Assembly (NCBI GenBank): GCA_964513235.1
Contig: CAZEMI010000295.1
Location: forward strand, 2,390 to 66,389
DNA from: an uncultured Acidobacterium sp.
GTDB lineage: Bacteria; Acidobacteriota; Vicinamibacteria; Vicinamibacterales; UBA2999
Direction of reading: 5' to 3'
Length of the DNA stretch: 64,000 nucleotides
The notes under the pieces were generated by a model. It had not been told where the DNA came from, ran no database searches, and worked only from the letters and a program-made list of their open reading frames with translations. The position numbers and the translations under genes were made by a program. Of this stretch, positions 1 to 10,800 are shown in pieces. Each line of letters opens with the position of its first letter. The first letter of the stretch is position 1.

Positions 1-86
1 TTGAACGAAACGTATTTCGCGAGCCAGGACGTGCGCGCGGTGTTCGCGCCCGGCCGCTCCGCGTCGTTAGTGATGACGGTGAAGTT

Positions 87-524
87 TTAAACCGTGATCG
101 TCTTCTCGATGATGAAGATGTTGTTCTCGGTTTCCTGGATCGTCACTTCGATCGTGTAGCGGACACCGCGCCCGGGATACTGCTTCCTGATCACCTCGAC
201 GACGCCGTCGAACACATACGCCGCGACGTTCTCGACGCTCGGCCCCTTGCCTTTCAGCATCACCACGCCTTCCGGCTCGAACAGGCCCTGGTCCAGGAAC
301 GTCTGGTCCTGCTCGGTGACCAGCATCTTGTGATCCATGAACCGCATCACGTTCTTGATGTCGCCAAACTCGAGCGACATGTCGAGATCGTCACGCGGAA
401 ACTCGTCGGCCGCCACCGCCACCTTCCCCTGCCACGTGTGGCCGTGGACGAATTTGCACTTTCCCGGGTAGCCAAGCTGGCGATGGCCGGTGTGGAACTT
501 GGCCGTGACGATGATCCTTTCCAT
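87..524 (-). CDS. queD: 6-carboxy-tetrahydropterin synthase / 6-pyruvoyl-tetrahydropterin synthase family (QueD-like)
   Basis: 145-aa ORF. It has the Cys-x3-His-Gly-His signature (GKCKFVHGHTW), and its size is typical of the PTPS/QueD fold. Confidence 0.75.
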   Translation of the reverse strand: MERIIVTAKFHTGHRQLGYPGKCKFVHGHTWQGKVAVAADEFPRDDLDMSLEFGDIKNVMRFMDHKMLVTEQDQTFLDQGLFEPEGVVMLKGKGPSVENVAAYVFDGVVEVIRKQYPGRGVRYTIEVTIQETENNIFIIEKTITV

Positions 525-663
525 TACGGATCGATTATAGACTTGCCGATGTGGATCGCCGGTTCCGCCGGTTCACGGTGACTACCAGCGAGACACCCAA
601 GCCCCAGTGACGAGGCCGAGTCTTTTGATCTGATGAATTCTTGAGCTTGTGATCTCAGAACCT

Positions 664-703
664 CAGATCAACAGGTCAACAGATCAATAGATCAACAGAT
701 CAT
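664..703. repeat. Five head-to-tail octamers: CAGATCAA CAGGTCAA CAGATCAA TAGATCAA CAGATCAT
   Basis: Read directly from the sequence. It lies in an AT-rich spacer, and the last copy overlaps the TGA stop (700-702, minus strand) of the permease gene. Six GATC tetramers fall between 627 and 701. Confidence 0.9.
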
Positions 704-3198
704 TCGTATCTCAGGGCATTCATCGGATCGACCTTTGACGCGCGCAGCGCCGGAATGAAGCCGGCGCCAAGAGCGACGAGCGCCAGGGCGAACGTCGCGC
801 CGGTCAGCACCATCGGATCGTGTCCTTCCAGTTCGAACAGCAACGACTGCGCGAGCCGGCCAACGCCGACGGCGACGATCAAACCGATCGTGCCGCCGAT
901 CACCGCCATCTTCACCACCTGTTTCATGACCAGGCCACGCACGGCCGCGCCGTCGGCGCCCAGCGCCATGCGCAATCCGAACTCGCGCGTCCGCTGCGCC
1001 ACCGTGTAGGCGAGCACACCGTAAAGGCCGATCGCGGCCAGCACCGTGGCCAGCAACGCAAACGCCAGCGACAGCGTGCTGATGATGCGATCCTGCGTGA
1101 CGTTCTCGCGAATCTGCGTCTCCATGGTCTTGACGTCCGACACGGGCAGCCCGGCGTCGAGCTTGCGGATCATCGCCGGAACGGTGGCCAACATCTGCTC
1201 GGGCGGTGTTGATGTGCGCAGGTAGAAATAGCCGTAGCCGAGGCGCTCTTCCTGGCGATAGGGCAGGAAATACTGCGGCGGCACCTCGCGTTTCACGTCG
1301 CTGTACTTGGCGTCCTGCACGAGGCCGACAATCTCGATGTCGGGCTTGGCGTTCGCACCGCCGAGTCCGAACCGCTTGCCGATCGGGTTATCGCCGAGGT
1401 TGAACTTCTTCGCGAACGACTGGTTGATGATGCCGACCTTCGGCGCGCCAAACGCGTCGGCGCGCGTGAACTCGCGGCCGGCCATCAGCGGAATGGCCAT
1501 CGTGCGGAAATAGCCAGGGCCCACGCCGTTGAACGACGCGTTGGTGTTGGTATCCGGTCCGGCGTCGAACCCTTCCACCACGAGGCTGTTGCCCCAGTTG
1601 TCGCCGGCCAGGACGGGCACCATGGTGGCCACCACGCTCGTCACGCCGGGCACCGCGGCAAATTCGTCCTCGATGCGCTCGAACAGCTGCCGCGTGCGTT
1701 CGGTATTGTAGGAGTTCATCTCGGGCGCCAGGCTGAACAGCAGCATGTGGTCCGCCTTCAACCCGAGGTCGACGCGGCTCACATTGAAGAGGCTCTTGGC
1801 GAACAGCCCGGCCGGCACCAGCAACGCCATCGACATGGCGATCTGCACGGTGGCGAGCGTGGTGCGGAACCGGCGAGCCGCCTTGGCGCCGCCCGGTTGG
1901 CCGGCCTGGTTCTTCAACGTCGATGCCAGGTCGGGCCGGGTGCTGTGCAGCGCCGGGAACAGGCCGAACGCGATCCCGGTCAGGATGGCGGCGCCACCTG
2001 CGAAGATCAGCATCGTGGCGCTCAACGAGAACGAGATCAGCGGGCCGTCGTCCGCGGGCATGATCGACGCAATGAGATCGAGCGTCCACTTCGCCACCAA
2101 CAGTCCGGCGATGGCGCCGAAGCTCGCCAGCATGATCGACTCGGTCAGCAGCTGCGTGATCAACTGGCGACGGTTCGCGCCGATCGACAGGCGCACCGCC
2201 ATCTCGGCGGATCGGCCCGCGCCGCGGACCAGCAGCAGGTTGGCGATGTTCGCGCACGCGATCAGCAACACGGTACCGGTGACGACGAGGAGGATCGTCA
2301 GCGGCGTGCGGGCTTCGTTGTCGAAGCTGCTCTGCCCGCGCTGACCCGGCTCCGTGGTGATCTGCCTGGCGCGGAAGCGCGCCATCGTCTGCTCGCTCAT
2401 GCCCTTCTGCAACGGCGCCTCGACGTCGTTGACGATCGCGCGATACGGTCCGTTGATCGCGACCGTGGCCTGTTCGATCGACACGCCGGGCTTCAGCCGG
2501 CCGAAGAGATAGGCCCAGTACTGACGGCGATTCTCGAAGCCGTTGAAGCCGGGATTCATCAAGCCACGCATGGTGACCGGCACGTACAGGTCGGGGTTCT
2601 GGCCGAGCGTGGTCGCGTTGAACCCGCGCGGCGCAACGCCGACCACCGTCATGGCCTGGCCGTTGATCACGAGGGTCTCATTGAGGATGGCGGGGTTCAG
2701 CTCGAAGCGGTTGCGCCAGTAGTCGTAACTGAGGACCACGACGAAATGACCGCCGATGGTCTGGTCGTCGTCGACGGTAAACAGCCGGCCCAGCGCGGGC
2801 GAAATGCCAAGCACGGGAAAATAACTGCCCGACACCAGCAACCCGTCGCCACCGCGCGACGTGCCCTGGTACCCCACACTCGCGCCGAAGCTTCGGTGCG
2901 CGGCGATGCCCGTGAAGCTGGTTTGCACCCGCTCGAGGTCGCGGAACATCGGGTAACTGAAAATCTCCTCGCAGCTGCCCGCCTGGCCGCACGACTGTGA
3001 CCCCGGCTTGGGGCCGGGCGCCCCGAGATTCACGAGCTCCCCGGGGCTCGGCACCGGCAGGGGCCGCAGCAGCATCTGGTCGAAGAGGGAGAAAATCGCC
3101 GAATTTGCGCCTATTCCGAGGGCCAGCGAGAGGATCGCGACCAGCGCAATGAACGGCGAGGCAAACAGGGTTCTGAAAGCAAGACGGATATTGGGCAT
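700..3198 (-). CDS. ABC transporter permease, MacB/FtsX type, duplicated ('ADOP'-like, two periplasmic-domain + FtsX halves)
   Basis: 832-aa ORF. The N-terminal TM segment is followed by a large extracytoplasmic domain and a 4-TM FtsX-like block, and this unit is repeated twice. The C-terminal ...KVDPMNALRYE ending is typical of this family. Confidence 0.85.
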   Translation of the reverse strand: MPNIRLAFRTLFASPFIALVAILSLALGIGANSAIFSLFDQMLLRPLPVPSPGELVNLGAPGPKPGSQSCGQAGSCEEIFSYPMFRDLERVQTSFTGIAAHRSFGASVGYQGTSRGGDGLLVSGSYFPVLGISPALGRLFTVDDDQTIGGHFVVVLSYDYWRNRFELNPAILNETLVINGQAMTVVGVAPRGFNATTLGQNPDLYVPVTMRGLMNPGFNGFENRRQYWAYLFGRLKPGVSIEQATVAINGPYRAIVNDVEAPLQKGMSEQTMARFRARQITTEPGQRGQSSFDNEARTPLTILLVVTGTVLLIACANIANLLLVRGAGRSAEMAVRLSIGANRRQLITQLLTESIMLASFGAIAGLLVAKWTLDLIASIMPADDGPLISFSLSATMLIFAGGAAILTGIAFGLFPALHSTRPDLASTLKNQAGQPGGAKAARRFRTTLATVQIAMSMALLVPAGLFAKSLFNVSRVDLGLKADHMLLFSLAPEMNSYNTERTRQLFERIEDEFAAVPGVTSVVATMVPVLAGDNWGNSLVVEGFDAGPDTNTNASFNGVGPGYFRTMAIPLMAGREFTRADAFGAPKVGIINQSFAKKFNLGDNPIGKRFGLGGANAKPDIEIVGLVQDAKYSDVKREVPPQYFLPYRQEERLGYGYFYLRTSTPPEQMLATVPAMIRKLDAGLPVSDVKTMETQIRENVTQDRIISTLSLAFALLATVLAAIGLYGVLAYTVAQRTREFGLRMALGADGAAVRGLVMKQVVKMAVIGGTIGLIVAVGVGRLAQSLLFELEGHDPMVLTGATFALALVALGAGFIPALRASKVDPMNALRYE

Positions 3199-3253
3199 GC
3201 CAGGTGTTTGGACGGATCCAGGGCACAGACGGTTTAGGACAAAATGTGGGCCG

Positions 3254-3643
3254 ATGGTGAAGACCTACGGGCTGACCCACGTGGCGGTCGCCGTCCGCGA
3301 TCTCGACCGCACCGAAGCATTTTATGGCGGGATCCTGGGCGCGAAAGTGGTGTATCGCGATGCCGGATTCCTGCAGATGCAGACGCCCGGGTCGCGTGAC
3401 GTGCTCGTGTTCGAGAAGGACGCGAAGAAGGCTGGCAAAGCCGGCGGCGTGCTGCACTTCGGATTCCGGCTGACGAAGGAGAAAGACATTGCCGCCGCGC
3501 GCGAAGCGGTGAAGAAGGCCGGCGGCACGATCATCGACACCGGTGAATTCGTTCCAGGTGAGCCGTACTTGTTCGCGAGCGATCCCGACGGCTACACGAT
3601 CGAGATCTGGTACGAGATCCCAACAGCGGTGGATCCGAAATAG
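3254..3643 (+). CDS. VOC (glyoxalase/bleomycin-resistance/dioxygenase) family protein
   Basis: I trimmed ORF 3008..3643 to the ATG at 3254 (MVKTYGLTHVAVAVRDLDRTEAFY...), which is a typical VOC N-terminus. The longer reading would overlap the divergent permease gene. Confidence 0.8.
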   Translation: MVKTYGLTHVAVAVRDLDRTEAFYGGILGAKVVYRDAGFLQMQTPGSRDVLVFEKDAKKAGKAGGVLHFGFRLTKEKDIAAAREAVKKAGGTIIDTGEFVPGEPYLFASDPDGYTIEIWYEIPTAVDPK

Positions 3644-3725
3644 CGATGGATCGCGCGACTGGCGATCGGATGCGCCGCAGTCACTTTGGCTCGGCCGCGT
3701 CGGGCGCCTCTTAGGACGAATAGGT
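3497..3725 (+). repeat. Left copy of an imperfect direct repeat (VOC 3' end + degraded start of a small membrane-protein gene)
   Basis: Core 3565-3650 matches 58082-58167 at 82 of 86 positions (counted by hand). Flanking similarity is weaker. This copy carries two deletions relative to the right copy downstream of the stop codon. Confidence 0.8.
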
Positions 3726-3754
3726 CGAGCTTTGCACACTTCTGCATAGGACTT

Positions 3755-3780
3755 GTTCGCATCTCACCCGTTCGGCGTTT
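3755..3780 (+). promoter_or_regulatory. GTTCGY-N14-GCGTTT motif, site a
   Basis: GTTCGCatctcacccgttcgGCGTTT; it ends 81 nt before the ATG at 3862. Confidence 0.45.
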
Positions 3781-3861
3781 CGTAGATGGGACGGACTAGG
3801 CTCCCCCCGACGCCGTTAGCAGTCACAAGTCAAAGAAACGGCGAGAAAGGCGGAGGACGCG

Positions 3862-4125
3862 ATGCCGTCCGATTGGAACCCGCCGCCATCACGTCTGCTC
3901 GTCCGGGAAGATCTGGTGGAGCGGTTATCTAAGAACTTGATAGTCAGCCTGGAGGACGACCCGGTGGAAGCCTGGGCCAAGCGGAGAATCTGGAGGACCC
4001 TGCACTCGCGCAGCGACCTCGTTGCGGGCGCTCGCGAAGGGCGAGCCGACTCCCGCGAGGCGCCCGTCGTGAACTTGCGGCGGTGGCGTCGCGACCAGCT
4101 ATACGAGCGCCGGAGCTCTGAGTGA
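3862..4125 (+). CDS. Putative antitoxin (assigned by position only)
   Basis: 87-aa ORF preceded by GGAGGA. Its TGA stop overlaps the ATG of the downstream PIN gene (ATGA). I recognised no family from the sequence. Confidence 0.45.
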   Translation: MPSDWNPPPSRLLVREDLVERLSKNLIVSLEDDPVEAWAKRRIWRTLHSRSDLVAGAREGRADSREAPVVNLRRWRRDQLYERRSSE

Positions 4126-4601
4126 TAGGGCCCACCCGAATCCCCCCACGGGTGGCCCTCGATACCGGCGTTCTTGCAAGCGCGGAAGGTCTTCACGGCC
4201 AGCGCAAGCAGACGGTCGCACAGGAATTGATCCGCAAACTGCCCAAGGACGCCACTATTCTGCCCGTACAGGCCCTGGGCGAGCTCTGCCATTTGCTCGT
4301 GGACAAGGCCCACCGCTCACCCGAAAGCGCGCGTGTCTCGATCTTGCACTGGCACGAGACGTTCCCCGTCGCCGGCACGTCCGATAATGTGTTGCTCGAA
4401 GCAGCGCTCGTGGTTACGTCGCGCAGGATCAGCATCTGGGAAGCGGTGATGGTCGCTGCCGCCAGCAACGCCGGCTGCCGGCTCCTGCTGTCTGAGAACT
4501 ACGCTCACGAATTCACCTGGGCCGGCGTCACAGTGGCGAATCCCTTCGCCAACCCCCGGCACCCGATTCTCGACAATCTGCTGAAGCTGTCCGATCGCTG
4601 A
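4122..4601 (+). CDS. PIN-domain ribonuclease toxin (VapC-like)
   Basis: 159 aa. The N-terminal ..VALDTGVL.. acidic motif and later conserved acidic/Ser-Thr positions (SIWEAVMVAAA, LLLSEN) fit the PIN fold. It is translationally coupled to the upstream small ORF. Confidence 0.65.
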   Translation: MIGPTRIPPRVALDTGVLASAEGLHGQRKQTVAQELIRKLPKDATILPVQALGELCHLLVDKAHRSPESARVSILHWHETFPVAGTSDNVLLEAALVVTSRRISIWEAVMVAAASNAGCRLLLSENYAHEFTWAGVTVANPFANPRHPILDNLLKLSDR

Positions 4602-4669
4602 CAGCCGAGTCGCACCCCGCGATAAGCGGATTAGGACCGGGCTTGGAATGCACGGCCCGAAAGGCGGGA

Positions 4670-4715
4670 CATTCCCAAGGGGCGCCGGTCATCTGCCAGC
4701 CGCCCCCTGGGAATG
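4670..4715 (+). terminator. Imperfect hairpin downstream of the PIN gene
   Basis: cattcccaagggg ... cccctgggaatg, with one bulge and a 21-nt loop. There is no T-tract. Confidence 0.3.
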
Positions 4716-4849
4716 CTGTGGGCCCCTACTGACTCAGAGGCCCGAACTGCAGGACCACCTGTGGTGAGTTCTCTCCTTTCTCTCGACTGCAGAACTACTG
4801 CTCCTGTCCGCCGCCTTCCGCCGAGTTTTCCGGACGGTCGATGGAGGGT

Positions 4850-4881
4850 CCCGGCAGTGCCAGTCGTACGGCACTGCCGGG
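4850..4881 (-). terminator. Perfect 12-bp GC-rich hairpin just 3' of the giant gene
   Basis: cccggcagtgcc-agtcgtac-ggcactgccggg, 13 nt after the TAA stop (4895-4897, minus strand). The U-tract is weak. Confidence 0.5.
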
Positions 4882-4894
4882 AAGTCGGGGGGAG

Positions 4895-7800
4895 TTATTG
4901 CGGTCCGAAGGTAATCACGAGTTGCGGAGCGACGGCGCCTTCGCGGCTCGACAACGACTGCTCCGGACCCGCGGCGGCGCCTTCCGAGCCGTCGCGAATC
5001 AGGAAGCCGTGCGCCGCGTTCAGCGAGTACATCTCCTGGACCAGGGTGGTGACGGTCCATGCACGCAATCCGGTGCCCGACGCCGCCGACGGCGAGGTCG
5101 CCACCGTGCCAGCCGCGGCCGGCTGATTGCTCCAGGTCACGGCGTTCTCCGCCCACGCCGCGGCGACGCGCATCGCGCGCAGCGTGCGTCCGTTCACCGC
5201 GGACATTGACTCGACCCGCAGCGTCGCTGACTGCACGGCGCACCCCTGCGGCGCCTGCGGCAGCGAGAAGTTGATCAACGCGCGCGCGTTGGCGCTGCCG
5301 TTCTTCGACCGGACCTGCAAGGACGAGTCGTCACCCTTGTTCTGCGACGGGCTGCCCTGGTCGATCCACGCATCCGCTATCGCGCTCAGCGTCACCGGCG
5401 CGCCGCAGTTGATCGGCGCCACCGTCCACGAGGACGAGGCCGGCGATGCGTCGATGTTGCCGACCGCATCGATGGCCCGCACCGCGAAGGTGTGCTCGCC
5501 GAGCGACAGGTTCGAGTACGACGCCGGCGACGTGCACGCGCCATAGGCGCCGCCGTCGAGCGAGCACTCGAAGGTCGTGTCAGGCTCGTTGGTCTCGAAC
5601 GAGAACGTCGCGGAGGTCGCGATCGTGCTCGCCGTCGGTGCCGACGTGATGGTCGTGTCGGGCGCCGTCGTGTCGAGCGGCGCGATCGTCCAGGTGTAGC
5701 TGGCCGGCGTCTGGTCGACGTTGCCCGTCGCATCGATGGCGCGGACGGACCACGTGTGCGGGCCGTGGCTCAGGCTCGTGTAGCTGACCGTCTGCGCGCA
5801 CGGCGCGAACGGCGCGGCGTCGAGGCTGCACTCGAAGGTCGCACCCGGATCGTTCGAGGCGGCGGTGAACGTCGCGCTCGTCACGGTAGAGGTCGCCGGC
5901 GGCTGCTCGACGATGCCGGTGGTCGGCGGCGTGAGGTCGATCAGCCACTCGTAGTCGTCCGGCGTGGCGTCGGTCAATCCGGCCGATCCAGTCGCGCGGA
6001 CCCGCACCTCGTGGAGGCCTTCGGCCAACCCGGTGTAGGTGACCGGCGACGTGCACGGCGCGAACGTCCCGAAGTCGAGCGCGCATTCGAACGTCGACCC
6101 CGCTTCGCTGGCCTCGAAGGTGAGGGTGGCGCTGGTCGCGCCGGTCGCTTCGAGGATGATGCCACCGGGTCCGTCAAGCGGACCGGTGAGGATGACTGTC
6201 TCCGGCGGCACGCCAATCGTCCAAGTGGCGGAGGCTGGGGAGGCGTCCGTGTTACCCGCCGCATCTACGGCGCGGACCGCGAACGTGTGAGTCCCTCCCG
6301 CAAGCCCCGCCAGCGTGGACGGCGAGCTGCACGCAGCAAATGCTGCCGCGTTCAGCGCACACTCGAACGTGCTGTTGGCCTCGGTGGCCGTGAACGTGAA
6401 CGTCGCGTCAGTGGCGGTCGTCGTTCCCGACGGCGCCGACGTCATCGACGTCTCGGGGGCGATGGTGTCGGCCGCCGCCGAGATCGACCAGTCGTAAGTC
6501 GCTGCGGTCGCATCGGCGAAGCCTGCGGAATCGACCGCGCGCACCGCGAAGGTGTGGTTACCCGAACTCAGTCCGGTGAGCTGGACCGGCGAGCTGCACA
6601 CGGCGAACGCCGCGCCGTCGAGCGAGCACTGGAACGTCAGTGGCGCCGCGCCGTTGTCGGTCGCCGAGAACACGAACGTCGCGTCGGCGGTATCGCTGAT
6701 TGCGGCCGGACCGGCATCGATCACTGTTTCCGGCGCCTGCTCCACCGTGAAGGTGTGGCTGGCCGGCGTGCCGTCAACGTTGCCCGCCTCGTCGATGGCG
6801 CGCACCTCGAAGGTGTGCGTGCCGACCGCCAGGCCGGAGATCGCCTCAGGCGAGCCGCACAGTTCGAACATGGCGCCGTCGAGGCTGCACTCGTAGGTCA
6901 GCGCCTCGGCCGGCGATGTCGCGTCGCTGCCGCTGAACGTGAACGCGGCGTCGATCGCGAGCGAGACCAGCGCCGGACCTGAGACGATCGTCGTCTCAGG
7001 CGCGGTGGCGTCGGACACCACGGTCCAGGTGTAGTCGGCCGGCGTCGCGTCGGCGTTGAGCGACGCATCGGTGGCGCGGACGAGCAGGGTGTGCTCACCG
7101 AGCGCCAGCGCCGTGAGCTCGAGCGGCGACGCGCAGCCGCTGAACGCCGCGCCGTCGAGCGCGCACTCGAAATCGAGATCCGCCACCGGCGCGTTGTCGG
7201 TGCCGGTGAAGATGAAGCTCGCCGTCGTGGCCGTGCCCAGGGCGGCCGGACCCGAAACAATCTGCGTATCGGGCGCCGCAATGTCGAGGATCTCCCAGGC
7301 GTAAGTCGCCGCGATCGCCTCGACCAGGAGGTTGGCCTTGTCGGGCTGCACCTCGAAGCTGCGGGCGCCCGGCAGCAGGCCGATGTAGGTCACCGGCGAC
7401 GTGCAGAACTGCGGCGCCCCGCCATCGAGCGTGCACAGCGCCAGCGACGCCGGATCGTCGATCGTGAAGGCGAACGTCGCGGTCGTCAGCTCCGTCGACC
7501 CGGCCACGCCGAGTGCATCCGCCTCTCCAGCAGGGCCCGAGATGATCGTGACCACCGGCGGCGTCATGTCGCCGGTCTGCCAGCTGTAGCTGGCCGGCGA
7601 TTCATCGATGATGCCCGCCGCGTTGACCGCGCGGACGTCGAGCTGATGCTCGCCGTGCGGCAGGTCCGTGAACGTCACCGGCGAGGTGCACGCCACGAAC
7701 GGCTGCGCCAGGTCGAGCGAGCACTCGAACGTCACGTTCGCCTGCGTGGAGGCGAACGTAAAGGTTGCCTCCGTCGCCTCACTTTGCGCCGCCGGGCCGG

Positions 7801-10800
7801 ACGTCACGCTCGTTTCCGGCACGCCGCCGGCTGTGAACGAGATGGTGGCCTCCGTCGGATCGACGTGGCCTGCCGAGTCGAGAGCGCGCACTGCGAGGGT
7901 GTGCGTCCCCTCGGCGAGGTCGACGGTCTCCAGTTCATACGGCGTGCTGCAACCCTCGAACGCGCCGTTATCGATCGAGCATTCGTAGCTCAAGTCGAGC
8001 GGCGGCGTCAGGTCGTCGGTCCCCGTGAAGAGGAACTGGAGGATCGGGCTCTCCCCAGGCACCCCTGGCAGCGGCGTCATCGAGACGATCGTGGTCTCCG
8101 GCGGGAGGCCGACCTCCCACGTATAGACCGCGGGCGTCGGATCCACGGTGGACGCCGGTAACCCGTCGACCACGCCCAGGGTCACGAGCGCCTGGACCTC
8201 GAATTCATGCGGACCTTCGAGGAGCCCAACCACCACCCACGGCGAGGTGCAGGGCGTCGGGCCATCGCCGTCGAGGAAGCACTGGAACGTGGCGCTCGGT
8301 TCCGGACTGGAGAACGTAAAGGTCGCCGTGGCCGCTCCGCTTGGGCTCGCGGGACCCGACACGATCGCCGTGTCGGGCGCGCCGATAACCGTCCACGAGT
8401 AGCTGGCCGGCGAGGCGTCCGTATGGTTGCCCGCGTCAACGGCGCGGACCTGCAGGGTGTGCGCGCCCGGCGCGACGGTGAGGTCGTAGGGCGAATCGCA
8501 CGCCGAGAAGATTCCGCCGTCGAGCGCGCACTCAAACGTCGTGTTGAACTCCGTCGCGACGAAGACGAAGGTCGCCTGCGTCGCCGCGGTGGTGGCCGGC
8601 GGGCCCGCCACGATCACCGTATCCGGCGGCACCGTGTCGAGCGACGGATCGATGATCCAGGTGAAGACCTCGAGCATCGACTCGATGTTGCCGGCCGCGT
8701 CGATGGCCCGGACCTGGAAGATGTGGGTGCCGGCCGCCAGGCCGCTCACCGTGTAGGGCGACGTGCACGCAGCGAAGGCGAATCCATCGAGTGAGCATTC
8801 GAAGCGCACGCCCGGCTCGGGGACGCTGACCTCGAAGCTGAAGGTCGCCGTCGTCGCCTCCGTCTCACTCGGCGGCCCGGAGAGAATCGTTGTCTCCGGC
8901 GCGGTCACATCGAGGAACGTCCACGTGCGGGTAGCTGGCGTCGCGTCGGCGTTGCCCGCAAGGTCGACCGCGCGCACGGCCAGCGTGTGCTCGCCGGGCA
9001 GCTCGAGGTCGGTCAGCGCGGAGATCAAATCGAGCGTGTGCGGCGACGAGCACGACAGGAACGGCTCGCCGTCGAGCGAGCACTCGAAGGCCAGATCGAG
9101 CACCGGGGTCCGGTTGTCGGTTCCCGCGAACTCGAACAGCACGGTGACCGACGCGTTCACTCCCGACGGCCCCACGCTGATGACGGTCTCCGGAGCCGTT
9201 ACGTCAGGCGGGAGCGTCACCGTCCACGTGTGGACGGCCGGGGTCTGGTCGGCGAACCCGTAAGTGTTCGTCGCCTGGATCTCGAACTCCTGGGTGCCGT
9301 CGATCAGCCCGCGGGCCTCGAAGGGCGATACACAGGAAGCGAACGGCGCGCCGTTGAGCGAGCACTGGAACGTGGCCGGCTGATCCGAGCTGAACACGAA
9401 CGTCGCCGTGTCGCTGCCGCTGGGCGAAGCCGGCGCGACCAGGATCGTGGTCTCGGGTTCACTGACGACCGTCCAGGTATAGCTGACCGGCGCACCGGTG
9501 ACGAGGGCCTCGTTGACCGCGCGCACCTGGAACGTGTGTTCGCCAGGCAGCAGGTCGCCGTAGACGGCCGGCAAGTCGCAGGCCTCAAACGGCAGGCCGT
9601 CCAGCGAGCACTCAAAGGTCGCCAGCGGATCGGTAGCCGAGAAGCTGAACGCCGCGTCGGGACTCCCGGAAATGGCCGCCGGACCGGCCAGCAGCGTCGT
9701 CACCGGACCGGTCGTATCGAGCTGGATCGTCCAGGCGTAGCTGGCCGTCGGACCGACGTTGAGCGCCTCGTCGATGGCCCGCACCTGGAACTGGTGCGCG
9801 CCCTCCAGCAGGTCGTTGTACACGGCCGGCGACACGCACCCTTCGAACGCGCCGCCGTCGATCGCGCACTCGAACAACGTCGCGAGCGGATCGGCAGACG
9901 CGAAGGCGAAGATGGCGTCGGTGCTGGCCGTCACAGCGGCCGGACCCGACTGGATCGTCGTCGTCAGCGCGATGCCGGCGGCGTCGACCGTCCAGGTATA
10001 GGTAGCCGGCGTGGCGTCGACGACGCCCGCCGTGTCGACGGCGCGCACGCGGAACATGTGGCTGCCGACGGCGAGGTCGCTGTAGGACACCGGCGCGGTG
10101 CATGCGGCGAACGGCGCGGCGTCGAGGGCGCACTCAAAGGTCGCGGCCCGGTTCGACGACACGTTGAACGTCGCGCTCGTGCTGGTGGTGCTCAGCGTGG
10201 GACCCGACAGGATCTGCGTATCGAGCAGCGTCGTGTCGGCCAGGATCGTCCAGCCATACCGCGCCGGGGTCGGGTCGGCCGTCCCCGAGGCGTCGAGCGC
10301 CCGCACGTCGAACGTGTGCGTCCCGAGCGCCAGGCCGGCATACGACGCCGGCGATGTGCAGGCCGCGAAGGCCGCGCCATCGAGCGCGCACTCGAACGCC
10401 GTGCCGAGCACCGACTGGAGCTCGAACGTGGCGCTCGTGCTGGTCGTGGTCAGCGTCGGACCGGACAGGATGGCCGTGTCGAGAATGACCGTGCCTGGCT
10501 GCGTCTGGATCGTCCAGGTGTAGCTGGCAGGAGTCGGGTCCTCGTTGCCGAGCGCATCGGTGGCGATGACCTGGAAGGTGTGGAACCCATCCGACAACGC
10601 CTCGAGGCTCACCGGCGACGTGCACAGCGCGAAGCCGGCCCCGTCGAGCGCGCATTCGAACGTCGCGGGCGCCGCGGTCGCGGTGAACGTAAACGTCGCG
10701 CTCGTGGTGGCGGTGACGCTCGCCGGGCCCGAGGTGATCATCGTGTTGACCTGGTCGGCGACGCCGATGATCGTCCACGTGAAGCTGGCCGGCGTGGGAT

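Noticed and set aside
1-90. Possible 3' end of a plus-strand gene (..SLVMTVKF*) entering from the left edge and overlapping the queD-like stop.
   Set aside because: Only 29 codons are visible and no family is recognisable, which is too little to support a feature.
1388-3000. ORFs 1388..2257(-), 1745..2344(+), 1747..3000(+) and 2678..3739(-) overlapping the ABC permease gene.
   Set aside because: These are alternative-frame shadows with Arg/Pro-rich, motif-free translations. The 832-aa frame has clear MacB/FtsX features.
3008-3253. N-terminal 82-codon extension of the VOC ORF.
   Set aside because: It overlaps the divergent permease gene and is not protein-like. The VOC family N-terminus begins at the ATG at 3254.
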